Positions 8,724-19,070 of a stretch of 32,000 bases of DNA are shown here, one piece after another. Within the stretch, counting starts at the first letter, position 1. Every line of letters starts with the position of its first letter. Under the pieces are notes generated by a model. That model was not told the origin of the DNA. It made no database searches and worked only from the letters and a program-made list of their open reading frames with translations. Source of the stretch: Candidatus Saccharimonadota bacterium (GTDB lineage Bacteria; Pseudomonadota; Alphaproteobacteria; CAJXXZ01; 1604HC); NCBI RefSeq assembly GCF_008189405.1, contig NZ_CP043316.1:240001-272000 (forward strand), in the 5' to 3' direction. The position numbers and the translations under genes were made by a program.

Positions 8724-9092
8724 ATGAAAAAAATAATATGCATGTTTGTATCACTTTTTGCTTTTAGCTCTATAGATGCAAAATTAAATCATGGAGAAAA
8801 GGCTCATTTAGTTAATATTCAAAATAAAATCAATAATAAACATAAAAAACTGAGAAAATTAGTTGTGCACAAAAATGAATTAGAAAATAATATGAGAGGA
8901 ATTTCAGATCTGTTGGAATTAACAAAGATAAAACAACAAATCATTGTATTAAAGCAAGAGATTGATGTTTTAGAAAACAAACAAACTACAATAATAGACC
9001 ATTCTTACAATCGTGATTATAATAGAAAAAGAAGATTTAGATTTTTACAAAAAAAATCACATATTTTGCCAAGTTTAACAAGCTTAGATTGA
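8724..9092 (+). CDS. Hypothetical secreted coiled-coil protein
   Basis: 122-aa ORF with signal-like MKKIICMFVSLFAFSSIDA, followed by heptad-like K/E/L-rich sequence. No family recognised. Confidence 0.4.
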   Translation: MKKIICMFVSLFAFSSIDAKLNHGEKAHLVNIQNKINNKHKKLRKLVVHKNELENNMRGISDLLELTKIKQQIIVLKQEIDVLENKQTTIIDHSYNRDYNRKRRFRFLQKKSHILPSLTSLD

Positions 9093-9211
9093 GCAGAATT
9101 TGGGATACTCATTTTTATATATTTAGTATATACACAATCCAAAATTATATTATATTTACTATTTAAAATCAATTTCTATAAAATTGATGAAATTTCATAT
9201 ATTCTTAGTAT

Positions 9212-10600
9212 ATGTTATTTTATTTATTAATAATTGCAGCGTCGTTGAATGCTAAAGATTCAAATTACACTTCAGATGAGTATGATTATGAATATAGAGG
9301 TAAGGCACCTTTTAACTTTACAGGAAGTATGGAAATCTTATCTAATCATGTTTATGATAAGCAAGAAAAAGAATCATGGGTTCTTAATAATAATGAATTC
9401 AAAGTTACTGATTCTGATGTAAAAGTAAAAAACTTAACTCCATTCAATAATGCAAAGCTTGCAAGTGCGAAATTAGGTATTACTTTACAACAAGTAAGAG
9501 GTACAGCAAAAACTGGTGTTCAATTTGCGATTAAAGCGAATCCAGGTAATTTTGAAGTTGATCAAGCTAGTATTTATTTGAAAAATTACTTTAAACCAAT
9601 GAAATTAAAGCTATCATTTAGAGCTGGATATTCTTATGGAGCTGATAAAAAACTAGAAACTTTGAGTTATGGAATCGTACGTAGAACATCAAGTATGTAC
9701 AGTATGGCAGATCAGTTGTTCATACCTGGAGTTATGACAAGTGCTAGAATTGATACAAATAGTGGAAAAGCTATAAAAGGAATGTTTAAAGCAAAAAGAA
9801 TCATCAATAAAAATTCAAACATTATTTTTGGTGTGAGCTATACCCCTACTGTTCCGAATAAAGGATCACAATCTATCCAAGAAGTTTCAGATGTATTTAC
9901 AGAAATGAAAAATCACCTTGGCTTTGGATTGAAATTTAATAATAAAGTTGGGAATTTGCAAAGCTGCACTTCTATGACTTTTGCACATTCAAAGCGTAAT
10001 GAATCTAAGCAAGTTAAGTTTAATAATGTACAAGGTTTATCAATTGGTAATAATATGATGTATAAAAACTTTGGATTTGGTTTGAATTACGGAATTGTAT
10101 TAAATAGAAATATTAAATCATATGATGTTGATTTTGCAAATACTATAAAAGATGCGCAATTTAATAGAGATACAAATGCTGCAAATGGTGGGTATGTTGT
10201 ATCCCCTACTGTGTCTTTTACAGTTCCTTCCGGTCCATTGAAAAATGTAGAGCTATACGCATCATATATGCATGGAAATAGAAAAACTGAATGGACACAA
10301 GATTCTAAAGTGATTCATGCAAAATCAGATATTTTTACAGCTGGATTTGCAGTTCCTGTGAGAAATTTTGTTATTGGAACTAAAGCAGAGTTTGTGAAAT
10401 TCAATAATAAAGCATTTGCAAATGAAGAATTGATGAAAAGGTTATTAAAGCTTAATATAAAGGATATAAAGGGTCTAAAGAATATAAAAGGTGTTAAGTT
10501 TAATTCATTAAAAGATTCAAATAAGTGGAAAGCAGTATTATCTGTATTCTTGAAAGTGAAAGTATTTCATGATTTCCAAAATGATACTTTCAAAAACTAA
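9212..10600 (+). CDS. Hypothetical protein, putative outer-membrane beta-barrel
   Basis: 462-aa ORF with hydrophobic N-terminus MLFYLLIIAASLNA. Repeated short alternating-hydrophobic strands end in aromatic residues or Gly (FGVSYTP, LGFGLKFNN, FGFGLNYGIVL, FTAGFAVPV). The tail is K-rich. The family is unknown. Confidence 0.35.
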   Translation: MLFYLLIIAASLNAKDSNYTSDEYDYEYRGKAPFNFTGSMEILSNHVYDKQEKESWVLNNNEFKVTDSDVKVKNLTPFNNAKLASAKLGITLQQVRGTAKTGVQFAIKANPGNFEVDQASIYLKNYFKPMKLKLSFRAGYSYGADKKLETLSYGIVRRTSSMYSMADQLFIPGVMTSARIDTNSGKAIKGMFKAKRIINKNSNIIFGVSYTPTVPNKGSQSIQEVSDVFTEMKNHLGFGLKFNNKVGNLQSCTSMTFAHSKRNESKQVKFNNVQGLSIGNNMMYKNFGFGLNYGIVLNRNIKSYDVDFANTIKDAQFNRDTNAANGGYVVSPTVSFTVPSGPLKNVELYASYMHGNRKTEWTQDSKVIHAKSDIFTAGFAVPVRNFVIGTKAEFVKFNNKAFANEELMKRLLKLNIKDIKGLKNIKGVKFNSLKDSNKWKAVLSVFLKVKVFHDFQNDTFKN

Positions 10601-10760
10601 ATAGTTTTAAATAATAGCATTTCAAATAGAATCTCTAAATCTTCTTTATCTTTTAAATATTAAGTAGTACTAATTTCTAAATAATCATACCTATATAGTA
10701 AAATTGAAATTTTGAATTAGGTTGAGGTTTGTGGTATATAAATAAATATGTTCACATGTA

Positions 10761-12329
10761 TTAATTAAGAATATTTACTAAGTCATAATATAACTTACAT
10801 ACAGATCCAGCACCAATAAATAGTACTGCATCACTTTTTTGTGCACTTTGTATGAATTGCTGAATATCTTGTATTGATTTTACTTTTATACAAGATGTAT
10901 TGTATGTGGAAATCTGAAAGTTTTGGTGCAGTTTAATGTTTTGCTCAGCAGATTGGTGTCGTTTGATAGATTGATAGAAATTTTCAAATAAATCACTATC
11001 TTCATATTCGTTGACATTATGCACAGGTAGCAAAGCGACATGTTTCATTGTACTGATATGTTTTACAAAATTATCAAAGTCCTTTTTTAACCTACTATAT
11101 TTATGTATTTCGATTATACAATATATATTGTTATACTTCTGGTTTGATAATGTTTGAAGTAAAAGTTTGAGAGAATGAGGATGGTGTGCATAGTCTAAGA
11201 TAAAATCTATATCGTTATGTTTGTGTGTTTCAATTCGTTTTTTCATCCCTTTAAAAGTTGATAAGCTTGTTCGTAAAGTTTCTTCAGAGATATTATACTG
11301 AATAATTACAGCTATAGCTGCTAATGCATTTTCTATATTATATATTCCAGGTATGTTTAAAAAAACATCCTTCATATTAATTAATCCTTTTACATCAAAT
11401 AGCATGCCATTTTTATGGAATTTAATGTTTTCTGCATATATATCTGAACCATGTAAATTCGAACCTATAGTATGGTGCTGAGCATTTATAGGGTTGCTAG
11501 TATCATTTTGAATAGAATATGTTATCGCATTTGGAATATTAAGAGCATTTTTCACATTTATATGGCATATGCATTTTTCACATTGATCAGCAAAATTCTG
11601 AAATGAGCATAATAAATTACTACGATCTTTATAGTAATCCATGTGATCTTCATCAATATTTGTAATGATATTAGTTTTGCCTGTCAATTTTTGCATAGAA
11701 CCATCTGATTCATCTGATTCAATTACACATATATTTTGTGGTTTATGATTTGCTTTGTTATTATATTCAGAATCTCCGTTCTGTTTAGAAATATGCTGAA
11801 AATCTTTGTTATGCATAGAGATATCATGAGCATTATATTGTGCAGAAGATTTGAGGTTTTGTATTTGATCTCCCAACATAAATGATGGATTTAAATTTGC
11901 ATTATATAGAATCCATGTAGTTAATCCTGAAGTTGTAGTTTTCCCATGAGATCCAGATATGCAAATTGATTCTTTAGACAATAAATACTTTGCAAATGAT
12001 GCTCTATGGAAAATTGGAATGTTATTCTGAATTGCCCATAAACATTGTGGGTGATTTGGTTTGATGACGGATGACACAATTATACAATCAGTATCAATTG
12101 GCATTTGATCTGATTTGAGCATCCATGATTTATGTTGATAATCATCAGTCCCTGTGATTTGATAATTTTTAGTATCAAGCCAGGTTTTAAGTGACTGCAT
12201 CCCAAGTCCTGCAACACCTATCATATGTGCTTTTTTGATATCATTGCTAGGTAATCCATCTGTTTTCCATAGATTCTTCATATTGTATATATTGTATAGA
12301 GTTGAATGTTTAAAATCAAAGTAATACAA
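10761..12329 (-). CDS. murC: UDP-N-acetylmuramate--L-alanine ligase (Mur ligase; Mpl not excluded)
   Basis: HMIGVAGLGMQSL is the Rossmann motif, GSHGKTTTSGLTTWIL the P-loop, and DYAHHP is also present. Several N/K-rich insertions occur. An alternative start at ATG 12281 (MKNLWK) is plausible. Confidence 0.78.
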   Translation of the reverse strand: MYYFDFKHSTLYNIYNMKNLWKTDGLPSNDIKKAHMIGVAGLGMQSLKTWLDTKNYQITGTDDYQHKSWMLKSDQMPIDTDCIIVSSVIKPNHPQCLWAIQNNIPIFHRASFAKYLLSKESICISGSHGKTTTSGLTTWILYNANLNPSFMLGDQIQNLKSSAQYNAHDISMHNKDFQHISKQNGDSEYNNKANHKPQNICVIESDESDGSMQKLTGKTNIITNIDEDHMDYYKDRSNLLCSFQNFADQCEKCICHINVKNALNIPNAITYSIQNDTSNPINAQHHTIGSNLHGSDIYAENIKFHKNGMLFDVKGLINMKDVFLNIPGIYNIENALAAIAVIIQYNISEETLRTSLSTFKGMKKRIETHKHNDIDFILDYAHHPHSLKLLLQTLSNQKYNNIYCIIEIHKYSRLKKDFDNFVKHISTMKHVALLPVHNVNEYEDSDLFENFYQSIKRHQSAEQNIKLHQNFQISTYNTSCIKVKSIQDIQQFIQSAQKSDAVLFIGAGSVCKLYYDLVNILN

Positions 12330-12338
12330 TCTAGGTAA

Positions 12339-14093
12339 GTGAATAAATTAATGCTAATAGATTCTAAAGATGAATCTAACATACAAATAGCAATTACAGA
12401 AAATGAGCGGTTAGTAAACTTCTTTTTTGAGTCTAATGAGAATGAATCAATTGTCAGAAATGTATATTTAGGGATTGTAGATCATGTGGAAAATTCATTA
12501 CAAGCTTATTTTATAAATTATGGTGGTAATAAAAATGGATTTTTGTCTTTCTCAGCATCAAAAGAAAATTTAATTAAAGGGCAATATATAATTGTACAAA
12601 TTGTTAAAGATGAAAAAGAAAATAAAGGTGCAATGTTAACTACTTTTATTGAAATTAAAAGTATGTTGATGGTTGGTTTGATGAATCAAAATAAAGGGTG
12701 CTCTGTTTCTAAGAAAATATCTGCAAAAACAGATAGAGAATTGATTAAATCATGGTATGAAAGATTAGATTCTCATATTGATAGTCACATTATTTTCCGT
12801 CATTCAGTAATGAATAAAGAATATAGTCAGGTTGAAAATGATATTAAAAACATTAACCAAACAATGGAATATATCACTAATGCTGCGAAAGAAAAAACAG
12901 TTCGTCTTATATTGAAAGCTCCTTCGATGATAGAAAAAATAATTACAGATTACTATAAACCAGATACACAGATATATGTTGAAGGAGATATTCAGGGTAA
13001 TATTCCACAATATATGTCAGAATATGCAAATAAACATAATGAAATAGAATCAATTTTTAAATTTCATAATATTGAAAACCAAATTGAGTCTATTTTTTGT
13101 GAAAGAGTGAATCTGCCATCAGGTGGTTATATAATTATACAGCATACTGAAGCGTTGACTTCTATAGATGTTAACTCTGGAGTTTGTAAAAAGGAAAGCT
13201 CTATCGATAAAACAGCTTTGCTAACTAATATGGAAGCAGCAGTAGAAATCACAAAACAATTGCAATTACGAGATATTGGTGGTTTGATCGTAATTGATTT
13301 TATTGATATGTACCAAAAAGAATATATGGAATTAGTCACAAAAAAAATTGCAAAAAACATGGAAAATGATAAAGCTAAGTATAATTTAGGAGAATTAGAT
13401 AGATTTTGCTTGTTTACTATCTCACGACAACAGTTACGTAGGAATAGTTTTATATCAATGCACAGGAAGTGTTTGCACTGTGAAGGTATTGGGTTTGTTA
13501 AAAAAGATTCAGTCTGGTCATCATTTGTTTTAAGACAAGTTGCACATTTAATTAAAGAAGATTATGTGGAAAAGGTAATGATCAAGTGTGATTCAAACCT
13601 AGCATATTATATTTTGAACCATAAAAGAGACATGCTATACAATATGGAGAATGAATATAATAAAGTAGTGCAATTCGAATTTGTACAGAATAATGTACCA
13701 TGTATTTTTTATGAACAAGATAATATATTGCATGAGCATATGATTGATAATATTAAACAACAAACTCATGATGGAATATTCAAATTGCCAAGCGAAGCTG
13801 AAGATATTAAAACAAGTAATTACAAAACTCCGTATACTAGGTATAAATCAGAAGATAAATATGTAGAAGAAAATAAGCATGCATCAGAAAACAAATATAT
13901 ATCAGAGAATTTAGCAAATGATAATCAATCTACGCAATATGTAAAAGGTAAAAGTTCTGATTTTGATTATGAAAAAGATATTCGTTTAAGAATGAAAATT
14001 CATGATTCATCATGTTATAATATAGAATTAAATAAATCATTTACTAATATCAATCCTATTAGTGTCGATGGGAAAGTAGTTGGATATCTATGA
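12339..14093 (+). CDS. rne: Ribonuclease E/G family endoribonuclease
   Basis: The GTG start gives MNKLMLID, compared with E. coli RNase E MKRMLIN. The S1 domain is marked by NVYLGIVDHVENSLQAYFINYGGNKNGFL. Further motifs are TEALTSIDVNSG, LRDIGGLIVIDFIDM and the Zn-link CLHCEGIGFV. Confidence 0.85.
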   Translation: MNKLMLIDSKDESNIQIAITENERLVNFFFESNENESIVRNVYLGIVDHVENSLQAYFINYGGNKNGFLSFSASKENLIKGQYIIVQIVKDEKENKGAMLTTFIEIKSMLMVGLMNQNKGCSVSKKISAKTDRELIKSWYERLDSHIDSHIIFRHSVMNKEYSQVENDIKNINQTMEYITNAAKEKTVRLILKAPSMIEKIITDYYKPDTQIYVEGDIQGNIPQYMSEYANKHNEIESIFKFHNIENQIESIFCERVNLPSGGYIIIQHTEALTSIDVNSGVCKKESSIDKTALLTNMEAAVEITKQLQLRDIGGLIVIDFIDMYQKEYMELVTKKIAKNMENDKAKYNLGELDRFCLFTISRQQLRRNSFISMHRKCLHCEGIGFVKKDSVWSSFVLRQVAHLIKEDYVEKVMIKCDSNLAYYILNHKRDMLYNMENEYNKVVQFEFVQNNVPCIFYEQDNILHEHMIDNIKQQTHDGIFKLPSEAEDIKTSNYKTPYTRYKSEDKYVEENKHASENKYISENLANDNQSTQYVKGKSSDFDYEKDIRLRMKIHDSSCYNIELNKSFTNINPISVDGKVVGYL

Positions 14094-15556
14094 ATGAGTC
14101 TATTGGCAAATCTATCAGCAGTCACCCTACTTTTGGTGTAAAGTCTTTATCAATCTCAATTAAGAAAATGTTAGAATCTTCTTATAGTAAAATTTATATC
14201 AAAGGTCAGATTAGTCAGCCAAAACGTATGAATCATTTATATTTTTCATTAAAAGAAGAAGATGCAGTGATAGATTGTGTGGCTTGGGCAAATGTCAAGT
14301 TACCTTTTGAGCCGCAGCATGATATGGAAATTATTTGCTGTGGTAGGATATCAAGTTATCCAGGTAGATCAAAATATCAAGTTATAGTTTTATCAATTGA
14401 GCATATTGGAGATTCACAGGTTTTAGAAAAGCGTAAATTAGCATTACAAAAAGAAGGATTATTTGATCCAGCTCGAAAATTAAAATTACCAAAATATCCA
14501 AGAAAAATTGGAATAATCACATCTCCAGTCGGTGCAGTTTTACATGATATGCTACATAGATTACGAGATAGATATCCATGTGAAATATTATTTTATCCTG
14601 TCTCTGTACAAGGGGCAGGTACGGCTTCAAGTGTAGTTTCCGCTATAAATTATTTTAATTCATTTGCAAATGAATGCAAAAATGAGTATAAAATACAAGA
14701 AATAGAGCAAAAAATGGAGAGTGATAATGCTGTTGAAAATAATACTGAAAATGTTGAAAAAGATATTCAAGAAAATAAGAAAAATATTCAAGAAATTGAA
14801 ATTAGTAAATTTGATGATCAGCGTAATCAAAAAAATCATAAAGTTGATTTGATTATTGTTGCAAGAGGTGGTGGAAGCTTTGAAGATCTATGGGGATTTC
14901 AAGATGAGGAATTAGTACGTGTCATTGCACATACAAAAATTCCATTAATCACAGCAATTGGGCATGAAACTGATACTACTTTGTCTGATTATGCATCATC
15001 ATGTAGAGCCCCTACCCCTACTGCTGCTATAGAACTAGCTTTTCCTGATCGTAAAGAATTATGTACAAAATTAAATAATTATGACTCTAAAATCAAAGGG
15101 TCTACATTGTTTTACATAGAAAACAGATTTAAGAATAAGCTTGTAAATCTCAAAATAAAATCACCAAAGGAAATTATTTTACCTATTAAGCAGAGTTTGC
15201 AATCGCAAATTATGAGAAAAGATTATGCATATAGCAAATATTGGAATGAAAAACATAATATAATTAATTCTGTAGAAAAATGTAAATTAAATATACAACC
15301 ATTACAGCAAGATTTAATATATAGGTTAAATAGAATTAATGAGAAGTATAAGCAATTCATGATAGAAAAAAAGAATCAAATGCATAAACTAATTGATACA
15401 ATGAAAAATATATCATATGAAGATACATTGAAAAGAGGTTTTTGTAGAGCTACTATAGATGGGAAATTGATAAAGTACAAAGCAGATGCTCCAGAGAAAT
15501 TTGAAGTTGAATTTCAGGATGGATCATTATTAGTACAAAAAATATATAACAGTTAA
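14090..15556 (+). CDS. xseA: Exodeoxyribonuclease VII large subunit
   Basis: ATGA overlap with the rne stop codon. Motifs present: IGIITSPVGAVLHD, IIVARGGGSFEDLWGFQDEELVR, ITAIGHETDTTLSDYASSCRAPTPTAAIE. A roughly 55-aa E/N/K-rich insertion precedes the RGGG motif. Confidence 0.9.
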   Translation: MNESIGKSISSHPTFGVKSLSISIKKMLESSYSKIYIKGQISQPKRMNHLYFSLKEEDAVIDCVAWANVKLPFEPQHDMEIICCGRISSYPGRSKYQVIVLSIEHIGDSQVLEKRKLALQKEGLFDPARKLKLPKYPRKIGIITSPVGAVLHDMLHRLRDRYPCEILFYPVSVQGAGTASSVVSAINYFNSFANECKNEYKIQEIEQKMESDNAVENNTENVEKDIQENKKNIQEIEISKFDDQRNQKNHKVDLIIVARGGGSFEDLWGFQDEELVRVIAHTKIPLITAIGHETDTTLSDYASSCRAPTPTAAIELAFPDRKELCTKLNNYDSKIKGSTLFYIENRFKNKLVNLKIKSPKEIILPIKQSLQSQIMRKDYAYSKYWNEKHNIINSVEKCKLNIQPLQQDLIYRLNRINEKYKQFMIEKKNQMHKLIDTMKNISYEDTLKRGFCRATIDGKLIKYKADAPEKFEVEFQDGSLLVQKIYNS

Positions 15557-15790
15557 ATATAGTAGAAATGCATCCTAATAATAATTGAAGTAGAAAACAT
15601 ATATTTATACTTTAATGTATGCTGACCCAATTGATTAAGTTGATGAATTGATATGATTAAGCAATATATGGTGAAAATCTCTAAACAGTAATAGTGAAAA
15701 TAGTTTAAAAACTGTTATACTGATCTGGCAAAACATAAAATTTACTATTAATATATCAACAATTAGCATTTGTATATTATAATAAAATTA

Positions 15791-16357
15791 ATGTTTTTAG
15801 AATTAGTGCATAGTTATGGGTATTGGATAGTGTTGTTTGGATCTATGATTGAAGGTGAGTCTATTGTGTTGACAGCAGGAATGTTATCAGCTCATGGAAT
15901 TCTCTCATTTTATAAGATTTGTATTCTCTCATTCATAGGTACATGTATTGCAGACCAACTTTTATATAATTTCGGATATTACATTGGTCCTGGATTTTTA
16001 GAAAAATGGAAAGTAAGCAGAAAACTATTCCATAAGTTAAAGCCCATTGCAATCAAATACCAAAATGCTTATATTCTATCCTTTAGATTTATTTATGGTA
16101 TTAGGATTATAAGCCCTATATTAATTGGCATTATTAAAATTGACCCAAGAAAATATATGATTTTAAATGTGATAGCCTCTTTGATTTGGGCAGTTGTAAG
16201 TTGTGCCATTGGTTACCTGATTGGATCATTTACTAAAACATTAGATTTTAATTTGAAATATCTGATGATTTCTGGTACTGCTCTGATTATTATTTTAATT
16301 CTGATTTCTAAATGTATTTCTAGTTATATATTACGAAAAAATCATATTAATAATTGA
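15791..16357 (+). CDS. DedA-family inner-membrane protein
   Basis: GYWIVLFGSMIEGESIVLTAGML resembles the DedA signature, and multiple TM segments follow. The track start is TTG 15770; ATG 15791 is preferred. Confidence 0.75.
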   Translation: MFLELVHSYGYWIVLFGSMIEGESIVLTAGMLSAHGILSFYKICILSFIGTCIADQLLYNFGYYIGPGFLEKWKVSRKLFHKLKPIAIKYQNAYILSFRFIYGIRIISPILIGIIKIDPRKYMILNVIASLIWAVVSCAIGYLIGSFTKTLDFNLKYLMISGTALIIILILISKCISSYILRKNHINN

Positions 16358-16453
16358 TTGTTTTGCATAGGGTGTATTAATCTTTTTTGCTGTTTTTCAT
16401 ACTAATTTTAAGAATGCCTTTTGATATTTGTAAGTAAATGTTAGCGTTATATT

Positions 16454-17026
16454 GTGTTAAATGAATTTTTCAATCCGGAACAAATAAAAAAATTAGATTA
16501 TTATAAAGACATGTTGCATAAATGGCATGATAAATTACATTTGGTTAGCGATAAAGCTTTAGCAGATCTCGATACACATATTTTAGATTGCGCATATTTA
16601 TGGCCTTTTATTAAAGATGATCCAACAATAGTTGATGTTGGGTCTGGTAATGGATTTCCTGGAGCAGTTTTAAGTATAATGGGAGCTAAAGGTATTTTAG
16701 TTGATTCTCATAAGAAGAAAGTTGTATTTCTGAATGAATTAGTGAATGATCTAAATTTAGAGCTTGAAGTAATTCCACATTCAATTAGGAACTTACGCTC
16801 AGTTAGAGAAACATGGATTATAGCAAAAGGATTTGGTCCATTAGAGAAGTGCTTGAGCGCTACATCAAAATTATGGCGAAGAAATAAAAAAGGATTGTTT
16901 ATCAAATCTGATAGTGTTCAAGAAGAAATTGATTTTGCATTAGCAAATGGATGGAAATTTGACTATAATATATGCAAAAGGTATATGCAAGGGACAATTG
17001 TAAGAATTGAAAATGTCAGAAGTTAA
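16454..17026 (+). CDS. rsmG: 16S rRNA (guanine527-N7)-methyltransferase
   Basis: YKDMLHKWHDKLHLVS resembles the L.KWN...NLT block, and VDVGSGNGFPGAVLSI is the SAM-binding motif. The gene sits directly upstream of parA-parB. GTG start. Confidence 0.85.
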   Translation: MLNEFFNPEQIKKLDYYKDMLHKWHDKLHLVSDKALADLDTHILDCAYLWPFIKDDPTIVDVGSGNGFPGAVLSIMGAKGILVDSHKKKVVFLNELVNDLNLELEVIPHSIRNLRSVRETWIIAKGFGPLEKCLSATSKLWRRNKKGLFIKSDSVQEEIDFALANGWKFDYNICKRYMQGTIVRIENVRS

Positions 17027-17786
17027 AATTTTATCAGTAACAAATCAAAAAGGTGGAGTTGGAAAAACGACTACATGCGTGAATTTATCAACTGCTTTAG
17101 CAGCGCTTGGTAAAAAAGTATTGTTGATTGATATGGATGCGCAAGGCAATGCAACTACAGCTTTAAGCGTAGATAAAGATAGTGATAATAATAGTTATGA
17201 TCTTTTAGTTGGAAGTGTTAAGCATTCTGAAGAATTTGCCCCAAATCACATTGAAACATTTATTCCAAATTTGTATTGTATTCCAAGTAGTAAGAATTTA
17301 TCTGCATTAGATATAGAGTTAGCTAATACAGAGAATAGAGAATATATTCTCAAACATTCACTTGAAAATATCAAAGATAATTATGATTATATTTTTATTG
17401 ATTGTCCACCAGCATTGAATATGATTACACTAAATGCATTTGTAGCATCAAATTCTTTGATTATTCCTGTGCAATGTGAATTTTATTCATTGGAAGGTAT
17501 AGCTCAGCTATTAGAAACTATTCATGCTGTACAAAGTCAATTAAATAAAGACTTGAAAATTGAAGGAATTCTGATGACTATGTTCGATAAAAGAAATATT
17601 TTAGCTAATAATGTTTTGAAAGATGTGAAAGAGCATTTCGGAGATTATTTATATGATACGATTATCCCAAGAAATGTACGATTATCGGAAGCTCCATCAT
17701 TTGGGAAACCTGTTATAATGTATGATATAAATTGCTCAGGATCTCAAGCATATTTGCAATTGGCAAAGGAATTTTTAGAGAGATAA
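17007..17786 (+). CDS. parA: Chromosome partitioning ATPase ParA/Soj
   Basis: NQKGGVGKTTT is the deviant Walker A motif. LLIDMDAQGNAT, IFIDCPPAL and IPRNVRLSEAPSFGKPV are also present. Confidence 0.92.
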   Translation: MKMSEVKILSVTNQKGGVGKTTTCVNLSTALAALGKKVLLIDMDAQGNATTALSVDKDSDNNSYDLLVGSVKHSEEFAPNHIETFIPNLYCIPSSKNLSALDIELANTENREYILKHSLENIKDNYDYIFIDCPPALNMITLNAFVASNSLIIPVQCEFYSLEGIAQLLETIHAVQSQLNKDLKIEGILMTMFDKRNILANNVLKDVKEHFGDYLYDTIIPRNVRLSEAPSFGKPVIMYDINCSGSQAYLQLAKEFLER

Positions 17787-17848
17787 AATGAATGTACCTG
17801 GAGAATTAAAATGAATAGAGTTGAAAGTACAAAATCTGAGGAAACCAA

Positions 17849-18808
17849 ATGAACAAATTACGTATGGGGAAAGGTTTAGAATCATTATTAAAAAAGAAAA
17901 GTAATTCATTAGAAGATTTTCAGGAAATTGATATCACCCAAATAGAAGCAAGTGAAATGCAGACTAGAGTGCATTTTAATCAAAGAAAAATTGAAGAGTT
18001 AGCAGAAACAATTAAAGCAAATGGTGTATTGCAGCCAATTACTGTTTATAAAGAGAATGGAAAATTCAAAATTATATCAGGAGAAAGAAGGTTTCGTGCA
18101 TCTAAAATTGCTGGATTGAATGTTATACCAGCTAGAATAGTAAATTGGGAGAAAGAAAAAATTCTAAATGCTAATATTTTGGAGAATATTCAACGTGATC
18201 AATTGAATGGTGTTGAGGAAGCAAATGCGTATAAGCGATTTATGGAAGAATATAATTTGACACAAGAAGAAATATCTAAAAAAGTAGGAAAAAGTAGAAG
18301 TCATATTGCGAATTTATTAAGATTATTGAAGCTTCCTATAGAAGTGCAAAGTTTAATCATAAATGGAGATCTGACAATTGGACATGGAAAAGCATTATTA
18401 CAAAAAAATATAGATAGTAGCAAAAATATTGATTATGATCAAATAATTCAAGATGCAAATCGTATTGTAGAAGAAAAAGGCTCAGTTAAAGATATTGAAT
18501 CAAAAAGAAAGCATATAATTCAAAAATCTATAACAAAATCGATAAAGGGAGTGAAAATAATAGGGGGAGATAATGGTGATTCTCAACATTCTTCAAAAAG
18601 CAAATCTGCCCAAGAGAAGAATGTAATACCTTCCAATGTAAATGAGTCAGAATATTCTTGGATAGCAGAAAATTTATCTCAAAATATAGGATTTAATGTC
18701 AATATTACTAAAAATGGGAAAGATGGTGATTTAATCATACACTTCAATAATGATATTGAACTTGATGAATTGCTGAGTATTTTTAGCAGGCTAAGCAAAA
18801 AATCATAA
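17849..18808 (+). CDS. parB: Chromosome partitioning protein ParB/Spo0J
   Basis: GVLQPITV and ISGERRFRASKIAGL form the ParB box, and the HTH is QEEISKKVGKSRSHIANLLRLLKLP. GAGGA lies upstream of the ATG. Confidence 0.9.
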   Translation: MNKLRMGKGLESLLKKKSNSLEDFQEIDITQIEASEMQTRVHFNQRKIEELAETIKANGVLQPITVYKENGKFKIISGERRFRASKIAGLNVIPARIVNWEKEKILNANILENIQRDQLNGVEEANAYKRFMEEYNLTQEEISKKVGKSRSHIANLLRLLKLPIEVQSLIINGDLTIGHGKALLQKNIDSSKNIDYDQIIQDANRIVEEKGSVKDIESKRKHIIQKSITKSIKGVKIIGGDNGDSQHSSKSKSAQEKNVIPSNVNESEYSWIAENLSQNIGFNVNITKNGKDGDLIIHFNNDIELDELLSIFSRLSKKS

Positions 18809-18854
18809 AATCTCAAATTCATATAGAGGTATATGTAGTATAATAATTTATCTT

Positions 18855-18880
18855 TGTCAGGTATGACATATATTTATTTT
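18855..18880 (+). terminator. Weak candidate intrinsic terminator downstream of parB
   Basis: TGTCA-GGTA-TGACA hairpin (18855..18868) followed by the T-rich TATATTTATTTT. The stem is short. Confidence 0.25.
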
Positions 18881-18939
18881 AATTCATCAGCTTCACTATT
18901 TATACTTAAATATATTTTATATGTTTTGATTTGGTAGCT

Positions 18940-18987
18940 TCCTATGATATTTAGTTTTTTGAAATTCTTGTCTGCGTGCCCGGAGGG
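18940..18987. repeat. Direct repeat copy 1: a 48 bp perfect copy of the tRNA-Arg 3' end plus its downstream flank
   Basis: TCCTATGATATTTAGTTTTTTGAAATTCTTGTCTGCGTGCCCGGAGGG is identical to 19023..19070. Degenerate similarity continues a few nt further (TTTTAAC versus ATTTGAAC). Confidence 0.9.
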
Positions 18988-19022
18988 TTTTAACTATTCA
19001 TTTCATTCATAGTCTTAATCCC

Positions 19023-19070
19023 TCCTATGATATTTAGTTTTTTGAAATTCTTGTCTGCGTGCCCGGAGGG
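19023..19070. repeat. Direct repeat copy 2: overlaps the last 13 nt of the intact tRNA-Arg gene plus 35 nt of flank
   Basis: Identical 48-mer, offset 83 bp from copy 1. Identity ends exactly at the T-stem/T-loop boundary of the tRNA. Confidence 0.9.

Noticed and set aside
17787-18939. parS site (TGTTTCACGTGAAACA-like palindrome) around parA/parB
   Set aside because: I saw no CACGTG-centred palindrome in or near the par genes on reading. An exhaustive scan was not possible by eye.
18940-19070. Possible CRISPR-like array, suggested by identical 48-mers separated by a 35-bp unique segment
   Set aside because: There are only two copies. The repeat is part of a tRNA gene plus its flank, it has no palindromic repeat structure, and no cas genes are present in the window.
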